From Armatimonadota bacterium (GTDB lineage: Bacteria > Armatimonadota > DTGP01 > JAKQQT01), in NCBI GenBank assembly GCA_036504855.1, contig DASXUL010000031.1, positions 3,077 to 67,076 on the forward strand: DNA of 64,000 nucleotides. The letters run 5' to 3'. Each line of letters opens with the position of its first letter. Position 1 is the first letter of the stretch. The notes under the pieces were generated by a model. The model did no database searches, was not told where the DNA came from, and saw nothing but the letters and a program-made list of their open reading frames with translations. Shown here in pieces: positions 38,033 to 47,925 of this stretch. The translations under genes and the position numbers were made by a program.

Positions 38033-39477
38033 AATCCGCATTCCTGATCGCGCTCGGCATCCTTGTGGTCGGGCCGGCGACGGCGCAAGACGTTCCGCCG
38101 CCCCCAACCCACGTCGCCGCAAAGAACCGCGCGCCCGTTGACAAGTCCATCTTGCGCGTTCGGTTCCCGCGTCCAAAGCGTTACACTTTGCCCAATGGCC
38201 TGCGGCTGCTGGTGCTGGAAGACCACAAGCTGCCTACGGTAGACTTCAGCCTCAGCATCCTCGCCGGCTCGTTCTTCGAGCCGAAGGCGAAAACCGGCCT
38301 CGCCTCAATGACCGCCAGCATGCTGGACGAGGGAACCAAGACGCGCTCCTCCCAGCAGATCGCCGTGGCGCTGGACCGCATGGGCGCCAGCCTCTCGGCC
38401 GGGGCAGACCAGGGCGCCGAGCGCGCGGAGGTGTCCGCCTCCGGCCTTTCCACCGACACGGGCGCCATCCTCGGCCTGATGCGCGACATCGTGCGAAACC
38501 CCGTCTTCCCCGAGGCCCAGTTCCAGAAAGTGAAGCGACAGACCGTGGCCGGCATCACCGGCGCGATGAAGGACGCCGACACGCTGGCCGAGATCGCCAC
38601 ACGCCGCGCGCTCTACGGCGACACCCCGCCCGCCCGCGTAACGCCCAGCATCACCCAGGTCAACGCGCTCACCCGGGCGGACCTCGCCGCCTTTCACGCC
38701 GCCTACTATCGCCCCAATCGCGCCATCCTCGGCGTTGTGGGCGACGTGAAGGCGGACGACATCTACAAGCTGGCGCTGAAAGCACTTGGCGACTGGAAGA
38801 AGGGCTCCGGCCCGCTTCTCGCCAGCCTGCCGGCGTTCGCTCCACAGACCGCCACCAAGGTCTTCGTGGTGGACCGCCCCGGATCCGTGCAAACCTCCAT
38901 CCGGCTCGCCAACCTCGCCATCACTCGGAAGAGCCCGGATTTCGTGCCGTTCACGGTGATGAACCGCATCCTCGGCCTCAGCCCAACCTCCCGCCTCAAC
39001 CTCAACATCCGCGAATCGAAGGGTTACACGTACGATGTGCGGTCGGTATTCGACGCGCCGCGATACCTTGGCGCCTGGGTGGCCCAAACGGAGGTGCGGA
39101 ACGCCGTTACGGCGGACACGCTGACGCAGTTCTTCAACGAGTTCCGCCGCATTGAGACGGCGCCGGCGCCGAAGGCGGAGCTGGACGCGGCCAAACGCGG
39201 AATTGTGGGCGCGTTCGCACGCCGCATGGAGAGCCCGGACATCCTGCTCGGGATGGCGCTCACGCTGGAGGAATACGGCCTTCCGGCGGACTACTGGGAC
39301 CGTTACCCGGCGATGGTTCAGGCTGTCACCCCCGCCGCCGTGCAGCGCGTCGCCCGCCAGTACATCGGCGAAGGCCGCCTGCAGATCGTGGCCGTCGGCG
39401 AGAAATCCGTGGTGGAGGAGGCGCTGAAGCCTTACGGCATTCCCGAAACCGTGGATGTCGTCGCCGGCATGAAGTAA
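38029..39477 (+). CDS. M16 family peptidase, non-catalytic-type partner subunit
   Basis: M16 fold signature (R/Y dyad region, ...GYTYDVRS...) without HxxEH. Signal peptide present. ATGA overlap with the upstream M16 gene. Confidence 0.72.
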   Translation: MKSAFLIALGILVVGPATAQDVPPPPTHVAAKNRAPVDKSILRVRFPRPKRYTLPNGLRLLVLEDHKLPTVDFSLSILAGSFFEPKAKTGLASMTASMLDEGTKTRSSQQIAVALDRMGASLSAGADQGAERAEVSASGLSTDTGAILGLMRDIVRNPVFPEAQFQKVKRQTVAGITGAMKDADTLAEIATRRALYGDTPPARVTPSITQVNALTRADLAAFHAAYYRPNRAILGVVGDVKADDIYKLALKALGDWKKGSGPLLASLPAFAPQTATKVFVVDRPGSVQTSIRLANLAITRKSPDFVPFTVMNRILGLSPTSRLNLNIRESKGYTYDVRSVFDAPRYLGAWVAQTEVRNAVTADTLTQFFNEFRRIETAPAPKAELDAAKRGIVGAFARRMESPDILLGMALTLEEYGLPADYWDRYPAMVQAVTPAAVQRVARQYIGEGRLQIVAVGEKSVVEEALKPYGIPETVDVVAGMK

Positions 39478-39495
39478 GATCCAAGCGCAGAGCGT

Positions 39496-39533
39496 GATAT
39501 GGGGCGCCGCGGCCTGCCGCGGCGCCCCATATC
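39496..39533. terminator. Perfect 17-bp-stem palindrome. Likely a bidirectional terminator between convergent genes.
   Basis: gatatggggcgccgcgg-cctg-ccgcggcgccccatatc. Confidence 0.55.
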
Positions 39534-39572
39534 AGACTCAGAGTCCAGCCTCATTCAGCGTGCAGCGCCCGT

Positions 39573-40427
39573 TCAGCGGGCGGCCACAGTGTCGCCGACG
39601 TCATACCCGCGGCCCGGGATGGTGACGAAGTCCGCGAAGCCGATGTAGTAAGTGTTCAGGCGCGGCTGGTACACCGCCCGCATCGTGGTGGGGAACCTGT
39701 TGGTAGCGTCGATGAATGCCGGGCGCGGCACAGGCAGAGTGAATGACTGCCGGGTGAGCAGGCGTTCACGGGTGATCATGGGCTCAACGAAGTTCATCTG
39801 CCCATCCCAGAACCCTGCGATCATGACGGCGCGGAACGGGGGGGTGATCTCCGCCGGGTTGAACGTATGTACTCCCATTTGAGGAACGCCGGCTGCCGGC
39901 CCGGGGTAAATGTAGCCGGCCGGCAGATGCGCGCTATCCGGGGGCAGCGGGTCGATACCCTGAATGCCCCAGACTTCCGCCTCCGGCATGTGGTAGAAGT
40001 GGAAGTCGAAGTGAGGCACCATGAAGATCGCGGGCTCGTGACCGTTCGGGTTCCAGTGGATCTCCAGGTGGTTGAACCAGGTCTGTTGCCGGACGATGCT
40101 GGGCCAGTCTAGCGGTTGCTGCGAGCCAGCGGGCCCGGGTCCCATCATCGCCGGCGGGCTCTTGATGGCATCCATCGGCAGTTCGAAGCCGACCTCAACA
40201 ACCTCGCCGTCGGCCGCAACGCGGGCATAGGTGCGGACCTCTCCCACGCGGGACCATTTCGTGCCCTGCCCGTATATCCACTGAATCGGCCCCAAAGCGG
40301 CCCGAACCGGTTGCATCAGCGTAACTGTCAGCGCGACGAACGCGCCGCATCTCGCGGCATCTCTGAAGCTCATCAAGCAATCCCTCCTTCGTACGGCTGA
40401 GTGTGCGAATGCGTGCACGAACGCCAA
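39573..40427 (-). CDS. Hypothetical secreted protein
   Basis: Signal-like AFVALTVTLMQPVRAA. His/aromatic-rich beta region (PHFDFHFYHMPEAEVW). Confidence 0.45.
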   Translation of the reverse strand: MAFVHAFAHSAVRRRDCLMSFRDAARCGAFVALTVTLMQPVRAALGPIQWIYGQGTKWSRVGEVRTYARVAADGEVVEVGFELPMDAIKSPPAMMGPGPAGSQQPLDWPSIVRQQTWFNHLEIHWNPNGHEPAIFMVPHFDFHFYHMPEAEVWGIQGIDPLPPDSAHLPAGYIYPGPAAGVPQMGVHTFNPAEITPPFRAVMIAGFWDGQMNFVEPMITRERLLTRQSFTLPVPRPAFIDATNRFPTTMRAVYQPRLNTYYIGFADFVTIPGRGYDVGDTVAAR

Positions 40428-40538
40428 TGATATCCCGCCAGGCCGCCATTTTCAAGGACGCCCCCATCTGCGCCGGAGCCAGCGTACGGCCAAGCGTCCT
40501 ATAATGTCTCTAGCAACCCATAGACATCCGGGGGGAAC

Positions 40539-41042
40539 ATGCGACGTCCCATCCTCATCCTCGTAAACACCATCTATCACGTCTGCGCCGCGCTTTGGAT
40601 CGGCAGTCTCATTGGCATTGGCGCCATGGCGGCGCCCGCGGCGTTCCAGACCCTGGGACGCGGCGCCGGAAGTCCGGCGGGCATCATCATCGGAGAGGCC
40701 TTCAAGTGGGCCAACACCAGCTCGTTTGCCTGCCTTGCCATTATGCTGGCCGTCGGCGTGTTCGAGTTGTCCTACCGGAAGCGAGTGAACACCAAGCGGC
40801 TGCTGATGGCCCGCCTGTTGCTCACGGGGGTAGCGCTGCTGATCGTTCTGTACCTGTCGCAACAATTGATGCCGCAGATGGAGATCCGGCGCGCCATCGG
40901 CGATATGGCGTCATTCGACCGGATGCATCGGGCTTACTCAGATATCGCGCGGTTGGAAGTGCTGCTGGGCGTGGCGCTGATCGCGCTCACCAACGCCGTT
41001 AACATCGGCCCGCGACGTGAAGGCGGGCATCCGAGGCATTGA
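40539..41042 (+). CDS. Small integral membrane protein (DUF4149-like, 4 TM). Overlaps the glcD start (ATGA).
   Basis: Four hydrophobic helices (HVCAALWIGSLIGIGAMAAPAAF, FACLAIMLAVGVF, LLLTGVALLIVLYL, LLGVALIALTNAV). Confidence 0.4.
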   Translation: MRRPILILVNTIYHVCAALWIGSLIGIGAMAAPAAFQTLGRGAGSPAGIIIGEAFKWANTSSFACLAIMLAVGVFELSYRKRVNTKRLLMARLLLTGVALLIVLYLSQQLMPQMEIRRAIGDMASFDRMHRAYSDIARLEVLLGVALIALTNAVNIGPRREGGHPRH

Positions 41043-42481
41043 TGAACCCGGAGTTCCTGCGCCGATTGAAGGCGCTGCTATCGTCGGACGCCGTGCTCAC
41101 CCAACCGGTTGAGCGGATGGTCTACGAGTGCGACGCGTACACCGTGGAGAAGGCCCAGCCGGACGTGGTAACCCTGCCGTCATCCACGGATGACGTGGCC
41201 GGCATCGTGCGCCTCTGCCGCGAGTACGCCGTGCCGTTTCTGGCGCGCGGAGCCGGAACCGGGCTCTCCGGCGGCGCGCTGGCCCTGGGCGGAACCGTCA
41301 TCATCGCGATGGCCCGCATGAACAAGGTCCTCTCGGTGGACGCCGCCAACCGCCGCGCCCGCGTGCAGGCTGGCATCGTAAACACGCACGTCTCCCGCGC
41401 CGTGGAAGCGTTCGGGCTGCACTTCGCTCCGGACCCCAGCTCGCAGAGCGCCTCCACCATCGGCGGCAACATCGCCGAGAACGCCGGCGGCCCGCATACC
41501 CTGAAATACGGCGTCACCTCCAACCACATCCTGGCGGCCGAGATCGTGACGCCGGACGGCGACGTGATCGAAGTTGGCTCCCCGGTGGAGGACGCCCCGG
41601 GTCTGGACTTGCTGGGCGTGATCGTCGGCTCGGAGGGCACCTTCGGGATCATCACCGAGGCCACGCTTCGGCTCACCCCCATCGCCCCGGCCTGGCGGAC
41701 TCTGCTGGCCACGTTCGACACGGTGGATGACGCCACCAACACGGTGAGCGGCATCATCGCCGAGGGCATCTTGCCCGCCGCGCTGGAGATGATGGATGCC
41801 GTCATCATCCAGAGCGTTGAGGCGGCTTTCCATCTCGGCTTCCCGCTGGACGCCGCCGCCGTGCTTCTGGTGGAACTGGACGGACATGCCGCCGGCCTGG
41901 ACGCCGACGCCGCGCGCTGTCTCGCCGTGTGCGAGGCCCATCACGCCCGCAAGGTGGACATGGCCCGCACCGAGGAGGAACGCGCCGCGCTCTGGAAGGC
42001 CCGCAAGAAGGGCGTTGGCACGCTGGGCCGCATCTCTCGCAGCATGGTCACCCAGGACTGCGTCATCCCGCGCAGCAAGCTGCCCGTCGTCCTTGCATCC
42101 ATCAGCGAGATCGTGGCCCGCCACGGCCTGCGCGTAGCCAACATTTTCCACGCCGGCGACGGCAACCTGCACCCCATCGTGCTCTTCGACGAGCGCATCC
42201 CCGACGAGGTGGAACGGATGGTGGCTGCAGGACACGAGATTATCTCACTCTGCCTCGGCGTGGGCGGCAGCATCACCGGCGAGCACGGGGTGGGGGTGGA
42301 GAAGCAGGATTTCCTCGCCCTCCAGTTCTCCGAAGCGGATCTCGATACGATGCGCCGCCTCCACGATGCGCTGGATCCGGACGACTTCTGCAACCCCGGC
42401 AAGGTGTTCCCGGGGGCCAAAGGTTGCTCCCGCGGCTGCACCCACGAGATCAAACTGCGCCAGAAGGCCGCCGCCGTGTAA
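41039..42481 (+). CDS. glcD: Glycolate oxidase FAD-linked subunit
   Basis: FAD-binding PCMH domain (RGAGTGLSGGA) and a C-terminal FAD-oxidase domain. Start MNPEFLRRLKALL. Confidence 0.82.
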   Translation: MMNPEFLRRLKALLSSDAVLTQPVERMVYECDAYTVEKAQPDVVTLPSSTDDVAGIVRLCREYAVPFLARGAGTGLSGGALALGGTVIIAMARMNKVLSVDAANRRARVQAGIVNTHVSRAVEAFGLHFAPDPSSQSASTIGGNIAENAGGPHTLKYGVTSNHILAAEIVTPDGDVIEVGSPVEDAPGLDLLGVIVGSEGTFGIITEATLRLTPIAPAWRTLLATFDTVDDATNTVSGIIAEGILPAALEMMDAVIIQSVEAAFHLGFPLDAAAVLLVELDGHAAGLDADAARCLAVCEAHHARKVDMARTEEERAALWKARKKGVGTLGRISRSMVTQDCVIPRSKLPVVLASISEIVARHGLRVANIFHAGDGNLHPIVLFDERIPDEVERMVAAGHEIISLCLGVGGSITGEHGVGVEKQDFLALQFSEADLDTMRRLHDALDPDDFCNPGKVFPGAKGCSRGCTHEIKLRQKAAAV

Positions 42482-42536
42482 CCGGCGCGTTGGGCGCGTG
42501 TTCTCTGAAGCCCAACCCAGGAAAGCCCGACACTCC

Positions 42537-43757
42537 ATGACAGACATTGCCTCCGCGTTGCGCCTGAAGCTCGGCGCGTTGAACGTGATAGACGGTAAGA
42601 AGACGCCCTTTGGGGCGCGGGCAGCGGCGTTTCCGGCCAACGAGGCCGAGGCCGCCGAGTGCGTTGCCCAGGCCGCCTCCGTTGGCGCGCCGGTGATCTG
42701 CGCCGGCGGCGGATCCTACGTGGATGCCCTCGCGCCCGTTCGCCCAGACGCCCTCCTCCTCTCCTCCGCCCGCATGGCCGCCATCGTCGAATACCACCCG
42801 GAAGACATGGTGATCACCGCGGAGGCCGGCCTTCCCTTGGCCATGCTGCAGGATGCCTTGCGGCGTAAGGGCCAGTTCCTGCCGGTGAACCCGCCGGAGC
42901 CGCAGGCCGCCACGCTGGGCGGCATCGTGGCCTCGGCTTCCACCGGAACGTGGCGCTCCGCCTACGGGCCGGTGAAGGACCATGTTATCGAGGTGCAGGG
43001 CGTGGACGCGCAGTCACGCGTCATCCGGGGCGGCGCGCGCGTGGTGAAGAACGTGGCCGGATACGACCTTCCGAAGCTCTACACAGGAAGCCGCGGCTCC
43101 CTGCTGTTCCTCACGCTCCTCACGTTCAAAGTCCGCCCGCTTCCAGAGGCGGCGGCATGGCTCTTGTTCACGGCCCCCACGTGGAGGGCCCTGCATGAAC
43201 GCCTGGCCGTCCTCGCCGCATCCGATGTGCGACCCAACATCATTGAAGTCACCCGTCCCGACCTGACGGACACGCAGGAACGCCCCTCCGCCCTCATCAC
43301 CCTGGAAGGCAGCGCGGAATCCGTTCAGTGGCAGGTAACCGCAGCCTCCAACGCGCTGCGGGGCGACGGCTCCGTGGTAGGCCGCGTGGACGACTACGCT
43401 TCGATGCCCCGCTCCGGCGACGTGGAGTTCACCATGCGCGTGCTGCCCACGGAGACCTACGAGATGGCGGAGGCCGTCTGCCAGGTGCTGGAACGCGGAG
43501 GGGTGACCTATCTTCCGATGGAGGGGCGGCTCACCGCGCGGTTGATGGCTCACCCGAACACGCCGGAACTCATCGCCCTGCTGCGCGACGCCGCCGAGGC
43601 GCGCGGAGGAACGCTCACCATGGAGCGCATGCCGAACGCGTGGTCAGGCCACGTGTCCCCTTTCGGCGCTCCGCGCCCCGACGCCGCGCTCACCCGTCTG
43701 GTGAAAGCCCGCCTCGACCCGCACAACACCTTCTCCGCCCAGATGCCTGGCTGGTAA
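42537..43757 (+). CDS. glcE: Glycolate oxidase FAD-binding subunit
   Basis: FAD-binding domain without the catalytic C-terminal domain. ...VKNVAGYDLPKLYTGSRGSLLFL... is typical of GlcE. ATG at 42537. Confidence 0.72.
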   Translation: MTDIASALRLKLGALNVIDGKKTPFGARAAAFPANEAEAAECVAQAASVGAPVICAGGGSYVDALAPVRPDALLLSSARMAAIVEYHPEDMVITAEAGLPLAMLQDALRRKGQFLPVNPPEPQAATLGGIVASASTGTWRSAYGPVKDHVIEVQGVDAQSRVIRGGARVVKNVAGYDLPKLYTGSRGSLLFLTLLTFKVRPLPEAAAWLLFTAPTWRALHERLAVLAASDVRPNIIEVTRPDLTDTQERPSALITLEGSAESVQWQVTAASNALRGDGSVVGRVDDYASMPRSGDVEFTMRVLPTETYEMAEAVCQVLERGGVTYLPMEGRLTARLMAHPNTPELIALLRDAAEARGGTLTMERMPNAWSGHVSPFGAPRPDAALTRLVKARLDPHNTFSAQMPGW

Positions 43758-43760
43758 TAC

Positions 43761-43807
43761 GCAAATGGAATGTCCGGCGGCCCTGGCCGCCGGACATTCC
43801 ATTTGCG
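43761..43807. terminator. Perfect 22-bp-stem palindrome between convergent glcE and the beta-helix gene
   Basis: gcaaatggaatgtccggcggcc-ctg-ggccgccggacattccatttgc. Confidence 0.55.
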
Positions 43808-43814
43808 AGCTATG

Positions 43815-46121
43815 CTACCGGCTCATCGCCTTCAGCGCGCGGGCCAGAGCGATGGCGTCCTGGATCGTGAGGCCGTTCGCGCCCGACATCTGATAGGCAT
43901 CCGCCTGCGCGGCGCTTGCGGGGGCGAGCCCGCCCGCGATGCGCAGGATGGCGGCCACATCACTCCACTTGCGCTCCGTCCCCGTTGCTGCGCTCTCATA
44001 GCACCCGGCGTCCACATGGAGGCCCTGGATGCGGGGCAGACCGTCCAGGTCCAACTCACCGGGCAGCACGGCGCTGTCATCCCCGAAGTCCACGCACGGC
44101 GACATGGGAAGCAAATGGTAGTCTTCGTTGAGCAAGTCTGCGAACATGGGATACGCCAGGATATTGCCGCCGCCCGCCAGGATAGGCGGCAGCGTGCCCT
44201 GCTCGACGGACGATGGGTAGATGCAGTTGCCCCGTGCCGTGACGTACGGTGAGGCGAGCACCGGCGTAATTGCGAAATCGCAGAAGGCCAGGATGTTGTT
44301 CATTATGCTCATGCGGCCCTGGATCATGAGGCGCAGCGCGGCTCCTGGACTGTTCACCACGGTGTTGTTCACCACATCCACCTCGGAGCGTTCGAGGCTC
44401 ATCGCAGCGAAGGGCGAGCCAGGAGTCACCGCCGCGTTCGCATCGAGGAGGTTGTTGGCGATTCTGCCGGCCGGGCAGTAATAGGCGCGGATCGCGGAGA
44501 GTGATGACCCGGATGAGACGCGGGTACCTGTCACCAGATTGCCGACGATGGTGGGCGTTGATGCTTGCGCTTCGACCGCCGTTGGAACCTTAGCGGTTCC
44601 CCCCACGACGGCGTTGTTCTCGAAAACGGCGGCGGAGCCAATCATCGATACGGCGCCGTTGATGTTGAGGAAGACGTTGTTGCGGATGTACGGCGATCCC
44701 CCCGAGCAGTTCACGCCTAGCATGGACGCATACTGAGTTGTGGAACCGTAGAAGATGAACCCATCGATGGAGCTCACGCGAAGGCCCGCAACGCTGCCGG
44801 CCGCGGCCCTTGATCCGGCGAGAAACGTGGGGTTGGCGGCCAGATTCCGTTGGTCGCGCGTTGATTCCGTACCGGCGAAACCGCCATAGAGGTAGACGTA
44901 TGGCCGCACGAGTATGGAGACCGCCAGCGGCGCAGCGCTCTGGGTCAGCGCGTAGGAGCCTGCCGCCACCCACACCTCGCCGCCGCCCGACGCCGCCGCC
45001 GCGTCAACCGCTGACTGAACGCTGTTCGTGGCCGTCGCCCAGGTGAGCCCGTCGTTCGTCCTCGCGCCTTTCGGCGAAACGTGGAAAACCCGCCTCGGCG
45101 TCGGCAGCCACTGGCGTCCGTCGGACTCGTCTGCCCCGATATCCACGTGCGCGCCCTGAAGCCGGGGCTGGAGGTCTACGTCTGTGTCTCCGGCTGCCGC
45201 CAGCGCGTCGTCGCCCGCATCACGGCAAGGGGAATCCGGCTGGATGTGGAGGTTCCCCGCGCCGTAGTCTGCCAGTGCTGGGTCGGAGTCGATATCATCC
45301 GGCCCCGGCTTGCTTCCAGCGGACACGTAGTCGCCGCCGATGTTGCCGTGGACGCAGTTATGGCGGCGGACGATTCGCGCCGCGTCCTCGGATATGCCGC
45401 TGACGTTGAAGGCGATGATGTTGTTGGCCAGGAGAGAGGTAGGCGCGTTCGTTACAGCCACCGCGCCGGCGGCGCCCGCATTGCCCACGATAGTGTTGTT
45501 GACGATGTACACGGCAGCATTGGACGCGTAGATCGCCGAACCAGACTGCGACGAGTTGGCCGTAATGATGTTCCCGGCGATCGTGGCGGCCGCTCCGCTC
45601 TGGCAGCAGATGCCTCCTCCTGTTCCCTTCATCGGTTCCGCATAGTTGGAGGTGACGATGTTGTGCGTCAGGATCAGTTTCCCGGTCTGCAGGCTCACGC
45701 CACCTCCATAGCCGGCCGACAGGCCGTTGCGGATGGTGAACCCATCTACCACGGCTGGCGGGCTGTTTACGGCGCCGGACCGCACGGTGACGCAGGGTGT
45801 TCTGTAGGCGCCGTCGATGACCGTGAGCGAAGGGATGCCCAGGCGCTGATCGCGGTAGGTTTCGGTGCCCACGAACCCGCCGTACAGAGCGACGGGCTTG
45901 TCGATGAGAAGATTGCCGGCATAGGTCCCGGCGGCTACCCAGATCTCGTCGCCGGCCGCTGCCGCCTGGATCGCCGCGGGAATCGCCGGGAAGGCGGTGG
46001 ACCACGACTTTCCGTCCGCCGTTGTGAGGGTGATGCCGCGATCTACGTAAATGACCCGCGCGGACGCCCCGCCCGCCAGCATGAAGAGGATGCTGAGGGC
46101 GCAGAAGGATGGATTACGCAT
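43815..46121 (-). CDS. Secreted protein with two tandem right-handed parallel beta-helix (pectate-lyase-like) domains and a C-terminal dockerin-like tail
   Basis: Signal peptide MRNPSFCALSILFMLAGGASA (ATG 46121). Recurrent NNTIVGN / NNIIAFN / NNVFLN coils. Duplicated N-capping modules AAAAGDEIWVAAGTYAG and AAASGGGEVWVAAGSYA. Tail WSDVAAILRIAGGL...ANGLTIQDAIALARALKAM. Confidence 0.65.
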   Translation of the reverse strand: MRNPSFCALSILFMLAGGASARVIYVDRGITLTTADGKSWSTAFPAIPAAIQAAAAGDEIWVAAGTYAGNLLIDKPVALYGGFVGTETYRDQRLGIPSLTVIDGAYRTPCVTVRSGAVNSPPAVVDGFTIRNGLSAGYGGGVSLQTGKLILTHNIVTSNYAEPMKGTGGGICCQSGAAATIAGNIITANSSQSGSAIYASNAAVYIVNNTIVGNAGAAGAVAVTNAPTSLLANNIIAFNVSGISEDAARIVRRHNCVHGNIGGDYVSAGSKPGPDDIDSDPALADYGAGNLHIQPDSPCRDAGDDALAAAGDTDVDLQPRLQGAHVDIGADESDGRQWLPTPRRVFHVSPKGARTNDGLTWATATNSVQSAVDAAAASGGGEVWVAAGSYALTQSAAPLAVSILVRPYVYLYGGFAGTESTRDQRNLAANPTFLAGSRAAAGSVAGLRVSSIDGFIFYGSTTQYASMLGVNCSGGSPYIRNNVFLNINGAVSMIGSAAVFENNAVVGGTAKVPTAVEAQASTPTIVGNLVTGTRVSSGSSLSAIRAYYCPAGRIANNLLDANAAVTPGSPFAAMSLERSEVDVVNNTVVNSPGAALRLMIQGRMSIMNNILAFCDFAITPVLASPYVTARGNCIYPSSVEQGTLPPILAGGGNILAYPMFADLLNEDYHLLPMSPCVDFGDDSAVLPGELDLDGLPRIQGLHVDAGCYESAATGTERKWSDVAAILRIAGGLAPASAAQADAYQMSGANGLTIQDAIALARALKAMSR

Positions 46122-46234
46122 GGAATGCTCCTGGCTTCGGCACGCCGTTGCGCCCAGTGGCGTGTCCGCCTGATTCTGACCGGCGGACTGACCGGATTGT
46201 TCCACGTTGACCCTCATGCCCGCCGCCGCGTACC

Positions 46235-47536
46235 ATGAGGTCAGGAAACACCATGCCAGAGACATCCATTTCGCTTCAAGAACCCCGATCCTTCTACGAC
46301 GGACTGCTGGACTGCGTCCACTGCGGCTTCTGCCTGGACGTCTGCCCCACCTACGTTGAGACCGGCAATGAAGCGGACTCGCCGCGCGGGCGCATCTACA
46401 TCATGCGCGCCCTCGAGGAAGGCCAGATCGACCTGGACGCCGGCGCCGTGGAACACCTGTCCCGCTGCGTGGGCTGCCGCGCCTGCGAGCCGGCCTGCCC
46501 CAGCGGGGTGGCGTACGGCAGTCTCATCGAGCTTCAACGCCAGCGCATCCAGAAAGGCCGGAAGGAGCCGCCGGCGCGAGACCGCGCCAAGCGCCTGCTG
46601 CTGTGGACCCTCACGGATGCCCGTCGCGCCGCCCTCGCCATGGCCCCCGCGGCCTGGCTGGGACGCATCACCGGCGCCGGCCGGAACGTGATGCCGGCCT
46701 TCCTCGGACGGCTCATGGGGGGGCACGGCGCCATGCACCTGCACCATCCCGTATCGCCGATCAGCCGCCGTCTTCCCGCCCGCACGCCGGCGGAGGGCCC
46801 GCAACGCGCCCGCGTGGCCGTTCTGAAGGGCTGCGTGATGAACGTGCTCTACCACGAGGTGAACCGCGCCACGATCCGCGTGCTGGCGGCGAACGGTTGC
46901 GAGGTGATCGTCCCGCGCGGCCAGAAATGCTGCGGAGCCCTGCACGCCCACAATGGATTCGTGGACGAGGCGAAGGAGATGGCGAAACACACGATTGCCG
47001 TGTTCGAGCGCGAGAACTTGGACGCCGTGGTCATCAACAGCGCCGGATGCGGGTCCACGATGAAGGACTACGGCCACATGCTGGAAGACGACCCGCAGTG
47101 GCGTCAGCGCGCCGCCGCCTTCTCGGCCAAGGTGAAAGACGTTTCGGAGTACCTGGATGCCCTCGGCCTCGTCCAAACGCTGAACCCCATCAACGAAACC
47201 GTGGTCTACCACGATGCCTGCCACCTTGGGCACGCGCAGGGCGTGCGAACGCCGCCGCGCCGGCTTCTGGAGCAGATACCGGGCCTCACGCTGGTCCCGC
47301 TGGAGGAGGGCGAACTCTGCTGCGGCAGCGCCGGAATCTACAACTTCCTGGAGCCCGATATGGCCGGACGTTTGCAGGACCGCAAGGTGGAGAACATCCT
47401 GGCCTCCGGCGCCTCGGCCGTGGTCACCGGCAACCCCGGCTGCCTCTCCTGGATCAACGACGGCCTCAAGAAACGCGGCCTCTCGATGGACGTATTGCAT
47501 CCCGTGGAACTGCTGGACCGCGCGAGGGGAGAATGA
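46235..47536 (+). CDS. glcF: Glycolate oxidase iron-sulfur subunit
   Basis: Two 4Fe-4S ferredoxin motifs (CVHCGFCLDVCPTY, CVGCRACEPACPSG) plus C-terminal CCG domains (CCGALH..., CCGSAG). Confidence 0.8.
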   Translation: MRSGNTMPETSISLQEPRSFYDGLLDCVHCGFCLDVCPTYVETGNEADSPRGRIYIMRALEEGQIDLDAGAVEHLSRCVGCRACEPACPSGVAYGSLIELQRQRIQKGRKEPPARDRAKRLLLWTLTDARRAALAMAPAAWLGRITGAGRNVMPAFLGRLMGGHGAMHLHHPVSPISRRLPARTPAEGPQRARVAVLKGCVMNVLYHEVNRATIRVLAANGCEVIVPRGQKCCGALHAHNGFVDEAKEMAKHTIAVFERENLDAVVINSAGCGSTMKDYGHMLEDDPQWRQRAAAFSAKVKDVSEYLDALGLVQTLNPINETVVYHDACHLGHAQGVRTPPRRLLEQIPGLTLVPLEEGELCCGSAGIYNFLEPDMAGRLQDRKVENILASGASAVVTGNPGCLSWINDGLKKRGLSMDVLHPVELLDRARGE

Positions 47537-47922
47537 TGAGAGCGTACGCCGAGGCGTTGCGCCGCTTGCGCTGGAAATCCCATTCGCGCGACTGGTGGAT
47601 GAAGCGCCTCGGCAAGGGCCTCCAGTACGCCGCATGGCTAGCGATGTGGGCCGTTTTCTGCGCCGCGTGGTTCGTTCACCCGTGGTGGATGAAGCTCTTG
47701 ATGATTCCCTTGGGGGTCCTGACCCGGTACATCGTGCCCTACGTGATCCTGGGCGCGTTAGTCGTCGCCGCCGTCGCGGGGCGCGTTGTCGTTGTCATCG
47801 TCGGGAGCGTCGTCTTCGTGGTACTGGGCATCCCATATCTCCTGTTCATCTACGTCCCCTTGCACGCCGAAGAGACTTACCGCCGGGACGGGTACCCGCC
47901 GAAGATCCGACCTTACCCCTAG
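47533..47922 (+). CDS. Hypothetical small membrane protein (129 aa)
   Basis: Overlaps the glcF stop (ATGATGA). Trp-rich hydrophobic helices (AAWLAMWAVFCAAWFV, VVVVIVGSVVFVVLGIPYLLFIY). Confidence 0.35.
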   Translation: MMRAYAEALRRLRWKSHSRDWWMKRLGKGLQYAAWLAMWAVFCAAWFVHPWWMKLLMIPLGVLTRYIVPYVILGALVVAAVAGRVVVVIVGSVVFVVLGIPYLLFIYVPLHAEETYRRDGYPPKIRPYP

Positions 47923-47925
47923 CCT

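Noticed and set aside
42366-42536. 57 extra N-terminal codons of the glcE ORF
   Set aside because: Arg/Pro-rich. The GlcE-like sequence begins at MTDIASALRL (ATG 42537).
46241-47635. 464-aa minus-strand ORF
   Set aside because: Antisense to glcF, which carries clear Fe-S and CCG motifs.
46603-47922. 439-aa plus-strand ORF
   Set aside because: Arg/Pro-rich out-of-frame overlap of glcF. Only its last 129 codons (47533-47922) look like a real small membrane protein.
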